Assembly: GCF_006345805.1 (NCBI RefSeq)
Contig: NC_043004.1
Coordinates: 60,264,001 to 60,328,000, forward strand
Length of the DNA: 64,000 bases
Origin: Octopus sinensis
Lineage: Eukaryota
Direction: 5' to 3'
The notes under the pieces: generated by a model
Databases searched by the model: none
What the model was told of the DNA's origin: nothing
The model's input: the letters and a program-made list of their open reading frames with translations, nothing else
Translations under genes and position numbers: made by a program
In this document: positions 1-12,349 of the stretch, piece after piece
How the letters are laid out: every line of letters begins with the position of its first letter
Position numbering within the stretch: the stretch's first letter is position 1

Positions 1-1389
1 GCATTATGAGATAGTCGCCAATAAACCTTCAAACATTTAGACGTCTTACAAAACGAAAGATATAAACCTGCTGCAGCTACTGGATTACTTCGTGTGCCAA
101 CTAAATCAATGGTGCATCATATATGATTGCTCTCATTGCTTTATAGTATTGAATATTAGTAAGCTTATGTGAAGTTGTGTCTTAAATGCAGAATTATATC
201 TTATTCTGCATGCAGTCAATTTCGGACTCGGTATGATATTCACTGCTGAAGCCAATGTTTAACTTCTGGCATATTACAGGCAACAAGAAGATAATGTACT
301 CTTTATTGAAGCCTCAGTGACTCCCGAGTAAAGCTTGCGGGATATTTCAATTGTAAAAACAGTATTTTTTTTTACTGTTTATCACTAACTACGTATCAAA
401 TAGTGAATCACATCTCAGGACATATTATAAATCACAAGTATTTCATTAGTATGTAATCCTGAGTTCATATACCCCTATGCGCAATTACAGACACACATAC
501 ATACATACATACATACATATTCGTAGATTGGCATCTATGTGTATGTGTGTGCATGAACAGAGTATAAGAGAAAAAGAAGGAGAGGCCAAATGAGAGAAGA
601 GAGAAGAGATTGAAACATCAGTGGTCTCATTAACCGAGCCACTAAAAATGACACCCGGATGATTTGTCTCGGAGACGTTATGGGATATATGAAATGTCAA
701 AAGTAATATCGTCATCTGAAACACACGTTCACAGACATCCACGAGCACTCATATACATACACTGACATTTATAAAAGATTCCGAGCGTAGCAGTATCTCA
801 GAGATCCAGTCCTACGGTAACTACACGCATCTCAAGTGTGCTTTACGTTCCAACAACATTTGCATAAAAGGAAACTACACTGTATTGTATGTAATTGAAT
901 CAGAATTCATGTTTGATAGATGTAAAATCAAGACAAAAACGAAAAGCATAGAATAAAGAATGCTTAGAGAAAATCACCATCACTTAGCTTCTGTGAATGT
1001 TACATTAGTCATAGGATATGTGTAAATAATCTCCTCAAGAAAGATGCGTCAAAAATGGTGTAGATGTCGAAGAATGAAGAGATAAGTGGCATTTGTAGAA
1101 AATCCAGTCGCCATGATTGAAGATATGTATTAGAAAGTAGGAGGAGGGAGGTTGAAGTGTAAGGTGTCTGTACGTGAAATAAGTCAATGGTAATGAATGA
1201 TGTGTGAGCGATGCAAAGAGCGAGCAAGTGAGGTGCATAGAGCAGATATAACTGGAAGATGTTCATAACGAAATACTATATATCTTGATGTTTTTATGTG
1301 TGCATGCGTGAGAGAGCAGGAGAAAGAGAGACAATGAGAGAGAGAGAGAGACAGCGATAGTGTACATATGTGTATATGGGTGTCTCTCT

Positions 1390-1466
1390 CCACATATATA
1401 TATACATATATATGTATATACATAGGTATCCATATATGCATATATAAATATGTATATATATATTAT

Positions 1467-1543
<77 letters not shown>

Positions 1544-1565
1544 ATATATATATATATATGTATAT
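1390..1565. repeat. (TA)n-rich compound microsatellite
   Basis: Direct reading; boundaries approximate. Confidence 0.9.
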
Positions 1566-1940
1566 CTACGTATATGTATATAGAATGTATGTAATTACAG
1601 TATATATATTAAATACGGAAATGTGTATAGACGTACAAAGACATATATAAATGTGCATATATATATATAAATATATATACATAGACATACATACATACAT
1701 ATATATATCTGTATTAATCTTCTTTCTTTCATTGATTTCAGTCATTGCAGTAGGATAATGATGTACAAGTTTTTGAAGAATTCTTGTCATATTGAATCCA
1801 TTACTGCTTCTTAGGACATAGGTATCTTTTTACAACTAACACCAGAACTATGGTTCCTAAAAGCAAGTTATAGAAAAAGACAGGTTGATTTAACTTCAGA
1901 ACCAACGCAAAAGAACAAACTTAGAAACATACACACACAC

Positions 1941-1978
<38 letters not shown>

Positions 1979-2079
1979 CACGTGATCACGTGACCGACCA
2001 GACCATCAGATGTTGTTACACATCACTGGTCACAATGCGTTCTCATTGTATTAGCCTTCGAATGACGCCACACCGCTGG

Positions 2080-2138
<59 letters not shown>

Positions 2139-2624
2139 AGGGCATTATTACATATAAATGCCTCACGCTAAGAGGGACATAAGTCATTTCTACCAAAAAT
2201 TTTACTAATCATACCCAATGCAGTTTTTCAAAGCAAGACATTTAAAAAATGAATTTAGTCTTATATCACCTGTGATTTCGCACTCACCGCAGAAGAATTT
2301 GCGTCCATGCTCATCAGTAAGACTGATTCTGAACATATCATAAATAAACGACCAGTACCGTCGAAGTCGAACAGCCAACTGCTCTATTCTAACGAAGCAC
2401 ATGGAGAAGTTTACAAATCATATATCCGGTAAATGGCGGGCTTCTTCGAACTGCATTTCGGATACGAAAAATTTTTTCGGAATAAATTTAACAATTAAGG
2501 ATAACTTCTTAATAAGGAATCTTAACAATAAATTATCAGGTAGATAGCGTGAAAAACCTCATAAGAGAAAAATTTCGAAATTAATTCTTTCTTATATATA
2601 TATGTACACAGAGAGAGAGAGAGA

Positions 2625-2675
<51 letters not shown>

Positions 2676-2812
2676 CGGCACCAGCAGTGCAAATAACATG
2701 AAATACGTAAACAACGGGAAAAAACCCCAGAGAAAGTACCCCTCATCTGTTATTGTCTTTCTATCTATTCATTTCGAGCATTAAACGACTATATAAGTCT
2801 TCATTTTTTTTT

Positions 2813-2967
2813 CGTTGTTTACGTATTTAAGTCGTTTTACTCTCGTTAGTTTACGTGTTTCATGTTATTTGCACCGCTTGTGACGTCCAGTATCCATATA
2901 GGCATAATCCAAGTAAGATTATATATATACATATATACATACATACATATATATATACACACATACA

Positions 2968-3001
<34 letters not shown>

Positions 3002-3014
3002 TATGTATGTATAC

Positions 3015-3094
<80 letters not shown>

Positions 3095-3338
3095 GTGTGT
3101 GTTGTGTGTGGTGTGTGTGTGTGGAGGCACAATGGCCCAGTGGTTAGTGCAGCGGACTCGCGGTCGGAGGATCGTGGTTTTTTACGTTGTTTACGTATTT
3201 AAGTCGTTTTACCCTCGTTAGTTTACGTGTATCATGTTATTTGCACCGCTTGTGACGTCCAGTATCCATATAGGCATAATCCAAGTAGATGTTATATATA
3301 CATATATACATACATACATATATATATACACACATACA

Positions 3339-3376
<38 letters not shown>
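2813..3376 (+). repeat. Tandem segmental duplication, period 372 bp (unique block + (TA)n + SINE head)
   Basis: Block CGTTGTTTACGTATTTAAGTCG...CATTCATATA occurs at 2813 and 3185 with few differences. Confidence 0.9.
3123..3179 (+). mobile_element. Truncated tRNA-like head of SINE family S2
   Basis: GGCACAATGGCCCAGTGGTTAGTGCAGCGGACTCGCGGTCGGAGGATCGTGG is near-identical to the head at 4084. Confidence 0.8.
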
Positions 3377-3378
<2 letters not shown>

Positions 3379-3789
3379 GTGAAATAGAAGATGAATAATC
3401 TTGTAGTAGATTAATCAAAAGTTTAACCAATACTTAGTAGCAAAAATCACAGCAGTAAACAGCACGGTTGGAGGTACAACCATCTGGCGTTGCAACCGTG
3501 CGTTGGTGCGGATAATTGAAATTAAAACATTATTGGTGATTTGAAGAAATGGAGCTGAACGCAGATTGAACAGAAATCGTTTTATTTCATTCTACACGTG
3601 TTTCGAAAGGCACAATTACCAAATCCGATTGAATAATGGGACCATATTGTGTCTTTCTCTTCAGGAAGAAGACACAATATGGTCCCATTATTCATCGGAT
3701 TTTGGTAATTTGTGCCTTTCGAAACACGTGTAGAATGAAATAAAACGATTTCTGTTCAATCTGCGTTCAGCTCCATTTCTTCAATTCAC

Positions 3790-3796
<7 letters not shown>
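3377..3796 (-). mobile_element. PLE-type family A copy 1: long arm plus fold-back short arm, inserted in (TA)n
   Basis: Near-identical to 9902-10222 and 15893-17180; inverted repeat centred near 3665; (TA)n on both sides. Confidence 0.8.
3585..3671 (-). ncRNA. Minimal type I hammerhead ribozyme (family A)
   Basis: Minus strand: CUGAAGA (3664-3658), stem II GAAAG.CACAA/UUGUG.CUUUC, GAAA-C-ACGU-G-U-A, stem I UUC/GAA. Confidence 0.7.
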
Positions 3797-3848
<52 letters not shown>

Positions 3849-3856
3849 CATATATA

Positions 3857-3919
<63 letters not shown>

Positions 3920-3953
3920 TAGATATATAGATATAGATAGATATTATATATAT

Positions 3954-4048
<95 letters not shown>

Positions 4049-4083
4049 ATATGTGTGTGTGTTGTGTGTGTGTGTGTGTGTGA

Positions 4084-4413
4084 GGCGCAATGGCCCAGTG
4101 GTTAGTGCAGCGGACTCGCGGTCGGAGGATCGTGGTTTCGAATCCCAGACCGGGCATTGTGAATGTTTATTGAGCGAAAACACCTAAAAGCTCCACGAGG
4201 CTCCGGCAGGGATGGTGGTGATCCCTGCTGTACTCTTTCACCACGACTTTCTGTGTCACTTTCTGTGTCACGCTGAATATCCCCGAGAACTACGTTAAGG
4301 GTACACGTATCTGTGGAGTGCTCAGCCACTTACACGTTAATTTCACGAGCAGGCTGTTCCGTTGATCGGATCAACCGGAACCTTCGTCGTCGTAACCGAC
4401 GGAGTGCTTCCAC
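4084..4413 (+). mobile_element. tRNA-derived SINE family S2
   Basis: tRNA-like head with A-box-like TGGCCCAGTGG and B-box-like GTTTCGAATCC; body shared with 33727-34054, 42447-42822 and 41170-41413. Confidence 0.85.
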
Positions 4414-5836
4414 ATGTATATATATATATAGGTAGGTAGGTAGATATATTACTTATACATGCGAGTATATGCTCACACAGGCATAAATATGCTCACACAG
4501 GCATAAAGAATCACTGAAAGTGAGAGGTCATACACTAGTCAATTAGATAAATCGCTAATAAATGAAACAACACTTGAAATGCCAGACCAATCTTAAAATG
4601 CGAATTAGCATTGCATAACTATAGAGAAAAATAATGAATGAATATTGGAGTTTATGTGACAAAAGCATACTATAGTAAAAACCTAATTGCTAAGTTACAG
4701 AGACGTAAGCAAACCCATACCGTAGCTTAAACGGTAGAAGGAAAGTCAAACTCGTAATTTCTCACACATATTTAATCACACGTGAACTCATACTAGGGTA
4801 CAGATACACGTACGTGCGTGAATGTGCATAGGAGGGAGATTTTGTCGGTGTGTCAGTCAATATATCTCTGCGTATATCTCTTTATATATACGCACATTAC
4901 ACACACACACAAGCGCGCACTCAACCATACATACGCGCGCATATTCTGTTTGTCTCAAGTTGTTTATCAATACGGTGTACCAAATACCCTTAAGCCCTTA
5001 CAACGGAAGGCTGCAAATATAGATATTTCACTATCATCAAAAGGAGCATGCAGAAATAAGCAGACACACACACACACAAGCGAAAACGTACTCACACATG
5101 CAGACACATATACACACAGCCATCGCCGCCCAAAATATACATGAATAATAAACAGATTCGTCAGGGCGTTTACGCACATGCATAACGCAAGTAAGACTGT
5201 TTGCGCAGGCGCGACCAACTGCAGGCTCGTTAACATATTTGTCAAACGAATTCCACAAGATTTCTTTTTCAATCAGGTTGACATTTGGCTCGGATTGTTT
5301 ATCGTATTTTTCTTTTTCACGTGACTGATTCTGACTGACGTCATTCGCATATCTTTCGTTGCTCGTTCCTTTTCTTTTATTTGTGACATCCTTACTTTGC
5401 CTCATTCCTTCTTCTTTGATTCATTTTGTTCTTTCGTTTCTGATATCTTTACTAATTCCTTGCTGTTTGTCGTTGTCTTTAGTCGTTCTGCTCCTTGTGA
5501 TTGTCTTCTTTTTATAAACTTTTTCCTTTTTATACTGGTATTTATTTCAACATCTTTTTTTTCCTTCACCTTTGTTGCCTCAATTATTCTATCGATATTT
5601 CTCTTTGTATCTATTATTACTCTTTAAGATTGTTAACTCTTACTGCTCATCTTTCATGCTAAACGATCTATGTATCTGTCATCCTTGCTAACCTTTAGAA
5701 ATCAATCGATCGAACAAAATCCTTTTCTGACTGACTGTCTGTCTCTGTCTTTCTTTTAGTATTTCACTCACTTTCTTAATCTGATCTCCATGTCCCAGTC
5801 AAAATGTATGTGTGCGTATGGTTATTCGTGTGCGTA

Positions 5837-5999
5837 GGAGTGGCTGCGCGGTAAGTAACTTGCTTATCAACCACATGGTTCCGGGTTCAGTCGCTGCGTG
5901 GCACCTTCGGTAAGTGTCTTCTTCTATAACCTCAGGCCGACCAAAGCCTTGTGAGTGGATTTGGTAGACGGAAACTGAAACAAGCCCATCGTATATATG

Positions 6000-6074
<75 letters not shown>

Positions 6075-6342
6075 ATAATATATAAAACTGAAATGCGTTT
6101 ACCGCTTGTCAATTCTATATATCCATATATATATATATATTATATATTATATATTATATATATATATTATATATATTATATACACACATATATACCACAT
6201 ATATACATGTATGTATGTAGCATGTATGTATGTATATATGTATGTATGTGTATATGTTTGTGTGTCTGTGTTTGTCCCTCTAGCATCGCTTGAAAACCGA
6301 TGCTGGTGTGTGTACGTCACCGTAATTTAGCAGTTCGGCAAA
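5837..6342 (+). mobile_element. tRNA-derived SINE family S1 with expanded internal microsatellite, 3' truncated
   Basis: GGAGTGGCTG...GGTAGACGGAAACTGAAA head and TGTCCC...GTTCGGCAAA body match 50902-51289. Confidence 0.85.
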
Positions 6343-6802
6343 TATATATATTCCATCATACGCACACGCACATACTCACACACATATACAGACAGACAGA
6401 CACACACACATACACACAAACAAACACACACACACATATCGCCAGTAATTCATATATCAGGAAACGAACCACATTCTAAAGCATTAGAATAGTAATTTAT
6501 TTTTTAGGAAGTTACAAGGTATGTCCTGGCAAACAATGACCATTTATTTCGCAACTATAAATTAGTATAGGCGACTCGTGGGACACAAATAGCAGCGACA
6601 TATACTCCCCACTCATTTTCTATTTTGTCAGTTATATCGACTACAGTATCAATTTTAAATTGGCTTCATATTTTATAGGCTACATATAGAGGTGCTAGCC
6701 AAAGCTATTCCGCTGCTCAAGATTTCACACTCGTACAGTCAGACACAATCACAGGCGCATGCACATATACAAGTATGTATGCAAGTATGTATCTCTGTAT
6801 GA

Positions 6803-6803
6803 T

Positions 6804-6852
<49 letters not shown>

Positions 6853-6913
6853 GTTTGTGTATTTATCTGTCTGTCTATATATCAATCTATCTATCTATCT
6901 ATCTATCTATCTA

Positions 6914-6974
<61 letters not shown>

Positions 6975-7009
6975 GTCTATCTATCTATCTGTCTGCCTAA
7001 ATGTGTGTG

Positions 7010-7061
<52 letters not shown>
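6803..7061. repeat. (TATC)n followed by (TG)n
   Basis: Direct reading. Confidence 0.9.
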
Positions 7062-7063
<2 letters not shown>

Positions 7064-7272
7064 GACAACATAAATCCGGTGAAGAAGCACATTCTAAGAT
7101 GTATAGCAGTGTACATTTCAATGGGGAAGGCCATTTTATGAGATTACCCTGAGTTTCCCGTTTTGAAGAGGTCTTCGGCCAGCGGGTTTTGTGGTCTGAC
7201 GATGTACAATAAAGCTAAACCCTTTATGGACGGGAAACCCAGGGTAATCCCATAAACTGGCCTTCCCGATTA

Positions 7273-7314
<42 letters not shown>

Positions 7315-7315
7315 T

Positions 7316-8247
7316 AATAAATAAAATATATGCATAAATACAAACATATATGTACGTACCTACATCTACATGTATATATACATGCATATATAAATGTATA
7401 TACGTGTGTACAGGACACCACAAATAGACGTAGAACTCAACGAGAAACGAAAACTTAAAAACAGCATGGAACGGACCATTTTTTTAACAACGAAAAAACA
7501 GAGTACTAGACCACTACACAAGGGAAAATCCCCTTCATCAGCTGTCCCTAGTTCAACTCCAGCGTGTTTCGAAGGTGAGGACAGACACGTCTCTTCGAAC
7601 TAGTCCTTCCTGCGAAAGAATTAAATAAAATTACTTTGCAGAGGGGTAAAAACAAGGAAAAAAATGTGACAAAAACAGGACGTAAAAACAATACAATTAA
7701 AAACAAATACAAAATAAAATACAATTACAAAAAATACAGTACAAGAAGGAATAGAAACAGGACAGGAAAACAAATAAAGAGGGCCTAAAAGCCTAGACGA
7801 GGAAAAAAAAAATTTTTTTCACGAGCGCAGGAAGACACATGTTTACTTGAACAAGGCAGCTGGCGAAAGGAAGTTCGTAGACCCGGCTGTGAGAGAGATG
7901 AGGAGGAGTGAGAGAGAGAGAGATAGAGAGTAAGGAAGCAAAAGAGGGTGAAAGAAAGAGAGAAGAAGGAGTTATAGGGTTTCGCGTCATAATTATATAT
8001 CAAAACCAGCTTAGAGAAGAAGAAGAAACGGAACGAAACCAAACGAATCGAATCGAATCGACGCGAAGGCGCTCAGTCATACAATAAATAAAATATATGC
8101 ATGCATACAAACATATATGTACGTACCTACATCTGCATGTATATATACATGCATATATAAATATATATACGTGTGTACAGGACACCACAAATTGACGTAG
8201 AACTCAACGAGAAACGAAAACGTAAAAACAGCATGGAACGGACCATT
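7316..8247 (-). mobile_element. Unclassified element bounded by 165-bp direct repeats, (TA)n-adjacent, possibly PLE-derived
   Basis: 7316-7480 is repeated at 8083-8247 (period 767); no ORF with recognisable homology. Confidence 0.45.
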
Positions 8248-9862
8248 CTGCTATCTCAGTAGGGATCATTTCTCACTACAGTACATAGCTTTCTCGCTTC
8301 CTCTATTTCGGCAACTTATTAAGATAGTGCATTTTGTGGCTAATTGTGTCGTTTTGACTCTTATTTCTAGCAATGTTGGTACTACTTATCACTTTAATGG
8401 TGTTTATAAATGTGGCTATATACAGAGAGAAAGACAGAGAGAGAGAGAGAGGGAGAAGCAGAGAGAGAGACAGACAGAGAGAGAAGAAAACAACATGTAT
8501 TGTTACTTTGTATTTTCATTCATATCTTATGGGTTATTCCATGCTTTTTGAGAGTGCAAATTTACTATACTTATTGAAAAGCATTGATATGACTTTGAAG
8601 TATCGGTCACCGGCACCATTATCGGACTACATGCGTGGGTGTGTATATGTGAACGGGTGTGCGTGCGTACGTGCGTGCTTGCAAGCTTGATTACATACAC
8701 ACGTGCGCGCGCGATGGCACTGATAATGAAAGACACAGTAAGACGAGGTAAACGTTAAAACTTATGTGGTCGAAATAGACAGCGTCGAGTCAGTGACGCC
8801 ATGTAAGCAGCGGCAAATCGGCGACAAGAAAATGTTTAATTGCCATGTAATTCCAATATCTGTTATGATTTAGTTTGACGGAAGTATGAAATGACGAGAC
8901 AAGTAACCCAATAATCATCGAGTTAATTAGCTTAGTAATTAAAAAAAAAGATTTGCGAGATTGGTAGATGAAGGATTTATGAATACAGCGGAGTGCTGGA
9001 TAATAGTTGTACGAAGAAGTGGGAAGAGAAAATTTACATTAATATTGCTCGTCGAGTTTCAGCAAAGTTGGTTTGTTTGCCGGTTTAGGATAACGCTAAA
9101 GAGATTTTTGTATCACTGTATCATTGTATTCATAATATGAATGCATCTTTGTTCACCCATGTGTATCCGCCTATACATGTGCGTGTGGGTGTGTCTCTGT
9201 GTAGGATGTGTGAGCGTATTTGTTTAAGTATTTGTGAGTGCACTTGTTCATGTACGAATGCATGTGAACACGAAAAAAAGCATATCTTCAACTATAAAAA
9301 ACGCACACGTATACACGGATATATCAGGAAACGCCCGCGTGTTTGTGTGTCCGTGTGTTATGTGCATGTGGAGGTGTGTTAATTGCGTACCTGTGTTAGT
9401 GCGTTCGTTGAAGCAGGTTTTACTTTCAAGGCTTGTTAAGAATTTTGCATTAGAGCCATGAAGCTAAGAATGGAACGTCGCGCGCGCGTGTATGCGTGCG
9501 TATGTATGTGCGTAGTTGATGACAATAAAACTACGACAGTGAATGTATATGTTATCTGTCTTCGACCAGATGCGCAACTACTCCAAGACTGATTGAGGAG
9601 GTGGTCGAGTTGTGGATCACCTGCGAGATGAGACAAATTCTATTGGCGTTAACATGTACTAAGAAAGGCCAATAGACATCCAATCATCAAATCTTCGTGA
9701 ATACAGACTTGCTCACACAGAAGTACGCGCACTACGAACACCCACAGATATAAGACAAAGAATCATTATGGATGAACAGAAGAAAAGCGATCTTTCTAAC
9801 CGTCACCACCCGATTTCGACTTGTGTGACATCGTGGGTAAGTGACATTTTCAAATATGCCTG

Positions 9863-9901
<39 letters not shown>

Positions 9902-9902
<1 letters not shown>

Positions 9903-10222
9903 ACATTATTGGTGAATTGAAGAAATGGAGCTGAATGCAGATTGAACAGAAATCGTTTTATTTCATTCTACACGTGTTTCGAAAGGCCTTTCGAAACACG
10001 TGTAGAATGAAATAAAACGATTTCTGTTCAATCTGCATTCAGCTCCATTTCTTCAATTCACCAATAATGTTTTAATTTCAATTATCCGCACCAACGCACG
10101 GTTGCAACGCCAGATGGTTGTACCTCCAACCGTGCTGTTCACTGCTGTGATTTTTGCTACTAAGGTATCGGTTAAACTTTTGATTAATCTACTACAAGAT
10201 TATTCATCTTTCTATTTCACAT
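9902..10222 (+). mobile_element. PLE-type family A copy 2: perfect 2x85-bp palindrome plus long arm, in (TA)n
   Basis: 9902-9986 is the reverse complement of 9987-10071; continues to TTTCACAT then (TA)n. The CUGAAGA core is lost. Confidence 0.8.
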
Positions 10223-10228
10223 AATATA

Positions 10229-10270
<42 letters not shown>

Positions 10271-10372
10271 TAAAGCCAAATACACTGTTTTATCCACTTA
10301 TAATCCGCTTGTTACAGGAAAATTGAAACTGAAAACGGGCAACTAACCTTTAGAAAATTTAAATTTCGTTAT

Positions 10373-10436
10373 CTCTATATTGAATCAATTTCGGACTTAA
10401 TCTTATAAAAAAAGATATATTCCTTCTTCAGTAGAA
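10373..10436 (-). ncRNA. Type I hammerhead ribozyme (family B, unit 1)
   Basis: Reverse complement of the motif at 11311-11374. Confidence 0.7.
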
Positions 10437-10870
10437 CTTTCGATGGGATATAAATAAAATACTCACGTATGATCATGGAAAAAGCACAAGCTAAAAACAT
10501 AACTACACTTGAGTACATCACTTATATCTAAAAATAAAAATTCTTTGGTCAGCCTCAGAAAACAACGTCCAGACCTTTCGCCGCTACAAATTGTAATGGT
10601 TACCAGTCCTCCTGTAGCAAGCATCGAGTTTACTACTACTAAGCAATATAGGATGAAGTCCCTTACTCTACAGCAAAGGAATTCATCAGGAAGCGTGGGC
10701 AGTATATTTAAAAAAAACCGTTACGGTTGCAATATACATCATATAATTAAGGGCTAAAGGGGGTTATTCTAAAGCCAATACACTGTTTTATCCACTTATA
10801 ATCCGCTTGTTACAGGAAAATTGAAACTGAAAACGGGCAACTAACCTTTAGAAAATTTAAATTTCGTTAT

Positions 10871-10934
10871 CTCTATATTGAATCAATTTCGGACTTAATC
10901 TTATAAAAAAAGATATATTCCTTCTTCAGTAGAA
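10871..10934 (-). ncRNA. Type I hammerhead ribozyme (family B, unit 2)
   Basis: Reverse complement of the motif at 11311-11374. Confidence 0.7.
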
Positions 10935-11310
10935 CTTTCGATGGGATATAAATAAAATACTCACGTATGATCATGGAAAAAGCACAAGCTAAAAACATAA
11001 CTACACTTGAGTACATCACTTATATCTAAAAATAAAAATTCTTTGGTCAGCCTCAGAAAACAACGTCCAGACCTTTCGCCGCTACAAATTGTAATGGTTA
11101 CCAGTCCTGTAGCAAGCATCGAGTTTACTACTAAGCAATATAGGATGAAGTCCCTTACTCTACAGCAAAGGAATTCATCAGGAAGGTCTGGACGTTGTTT
11201 TCTGAGGCTGACCAAAGAATTTTTATTTTTAGATATAAGTGATGTACTCAAGTGTAGTTATGCTTTTTCCATGATCATACGTGAGTATTTTATTTATATC
11301 CCATCGAAAG

Positions 11311-11374
11311 TTCTACTGAAGAAGGAATATATCTTTTTTTATAAGATTAAGTCCGAAATTGATTCAATATAGAG
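11311..11374 (+). ncRNA. Type I hammerhead ribozyme (family B, inverted copy)
   Basis: Stem I UUCUA/UAGAG; CUGAAGA plus extra A; stem II GGA/UCC and AUCUU/AAGAU; GAAA; stem III AUUG-(AUU)-CAAU; cleavage triplet AUA (after 11369). Confidence 0.72.
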
Positions 11375-11793
11375 ATAACGAAATTTAAATTTTCTAAAGG
11401 TTAGTTGCCCGTTTTCAGTTTCAATTTTCCTGTAACAAGCGGATTATAAGTGGATAAAACAGTGTATTTGGCTTTAGAATAACCCTCTTTAGCCCTTAAT
11501 TATATGATGTATATTGCAACCGTAACGGTTTTTTTAAATATACTGCCCACGCTTCCTGATGAATTCCTTTGCTGTAGAGTAAGGGACTTCATCCTATATT
11601 GCTTAGTAGTAAACTCGATGCTTGCTACAGGACTGGTAACCATTACAATTTGTAGCGGCGAAAGGTCTGGACGTGTAATTTTTCGGCGGATTGCGACTCA
11701 AAAATTTACACAGGTGGCAGTTTCCCAATAAACTTGGTTAGATACTATCAATCGCGTTGCACAAGTGTTGTAAAAACTAATAGCTCCTATAAA

Positions 11794-12349
11794 TTGGTTT
11801 GTCCGGAAAGTTCGTGCCGATTTATAGTAGCTTACCTTTCGATTTATTTTAGAACATGGTTGAGTCCACAAAATAGGATTTGATTACACCTCCATTTCGA
11901 GCACAGTGTAAGCTATCCTTTCGTGGAAGGAGGCTTATGTTTCTATTACCTGTGTTAATTCTGTAACCCTTTAAAATGGAAGTTCATTTTCGGCACTTGA
12001 TGCTTTGGGAACACGACAAAAATTGCTGCAGCTCAGCTGGGATGTGTTACCTCACCCTCCATATTCATCAGATATTGCTCCTTCGGATTTCCACTTATTC
12101 AGGTCTCTGCAGAATAGTCTTAATGGTAAAAATTTCAATTCCTTGGATGATATAAAAAGATACCTTGAAGAATTCTTTGGCATGAAACCACCTCACTTCT
12201 GGGAAGAGGGTATTTTAAAGTTAAAGGAAAGATGGAGACGCATTGTGCAACAAAATGGTTCATATTTGGTTGATTAAAAATGTAATAGCAAGTATTTATT
12301 GACCATTTTCTTTCCTTTAAAATCGGTACGAACTTTCCGGACAACCCAA
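11794..12349 (+). mobile_element. Internally deleted mariner transposon
   Basis: ~30-bp TIRs TTGG(T/G)TTGTCCGGAAAGTTCGT; TA after the right TIR; transposase N-terminus MEVHFRHLMLWE (11976) joined out of frame to C-terminus WDVLPHPPYSSDIAPSDFHLFRSL...KLKERWRRIVQQNGSY. Confidence 0.92.

Larger units (their letters stand above)
10268..11674. mobile_element. PLE/retrozyme-type family B: ~498-bp unit, 1.8 tandem copies plus one inverted permuted copy
   Basis: Unit 1 10268-10765, unit 2 10766-11185, inverted copy 11183-11674 spanning the unit junction; starts at a (TA)n tract. Confidence 0.8.

Noticed and set aside
4084-4150. tRNA-gene-like heads here and at 28220, 36830-36897 and 50902
   Set aside because: They continue into SINE bodies and lack a complete cloverleaf and terminator; not tRNA genes.
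10509-11731. Repeated ORFs MSTSLISKNK...
   Set aside because: Products of the family B tandem and inverted units; short, non-ATG starts, no domain similarity.
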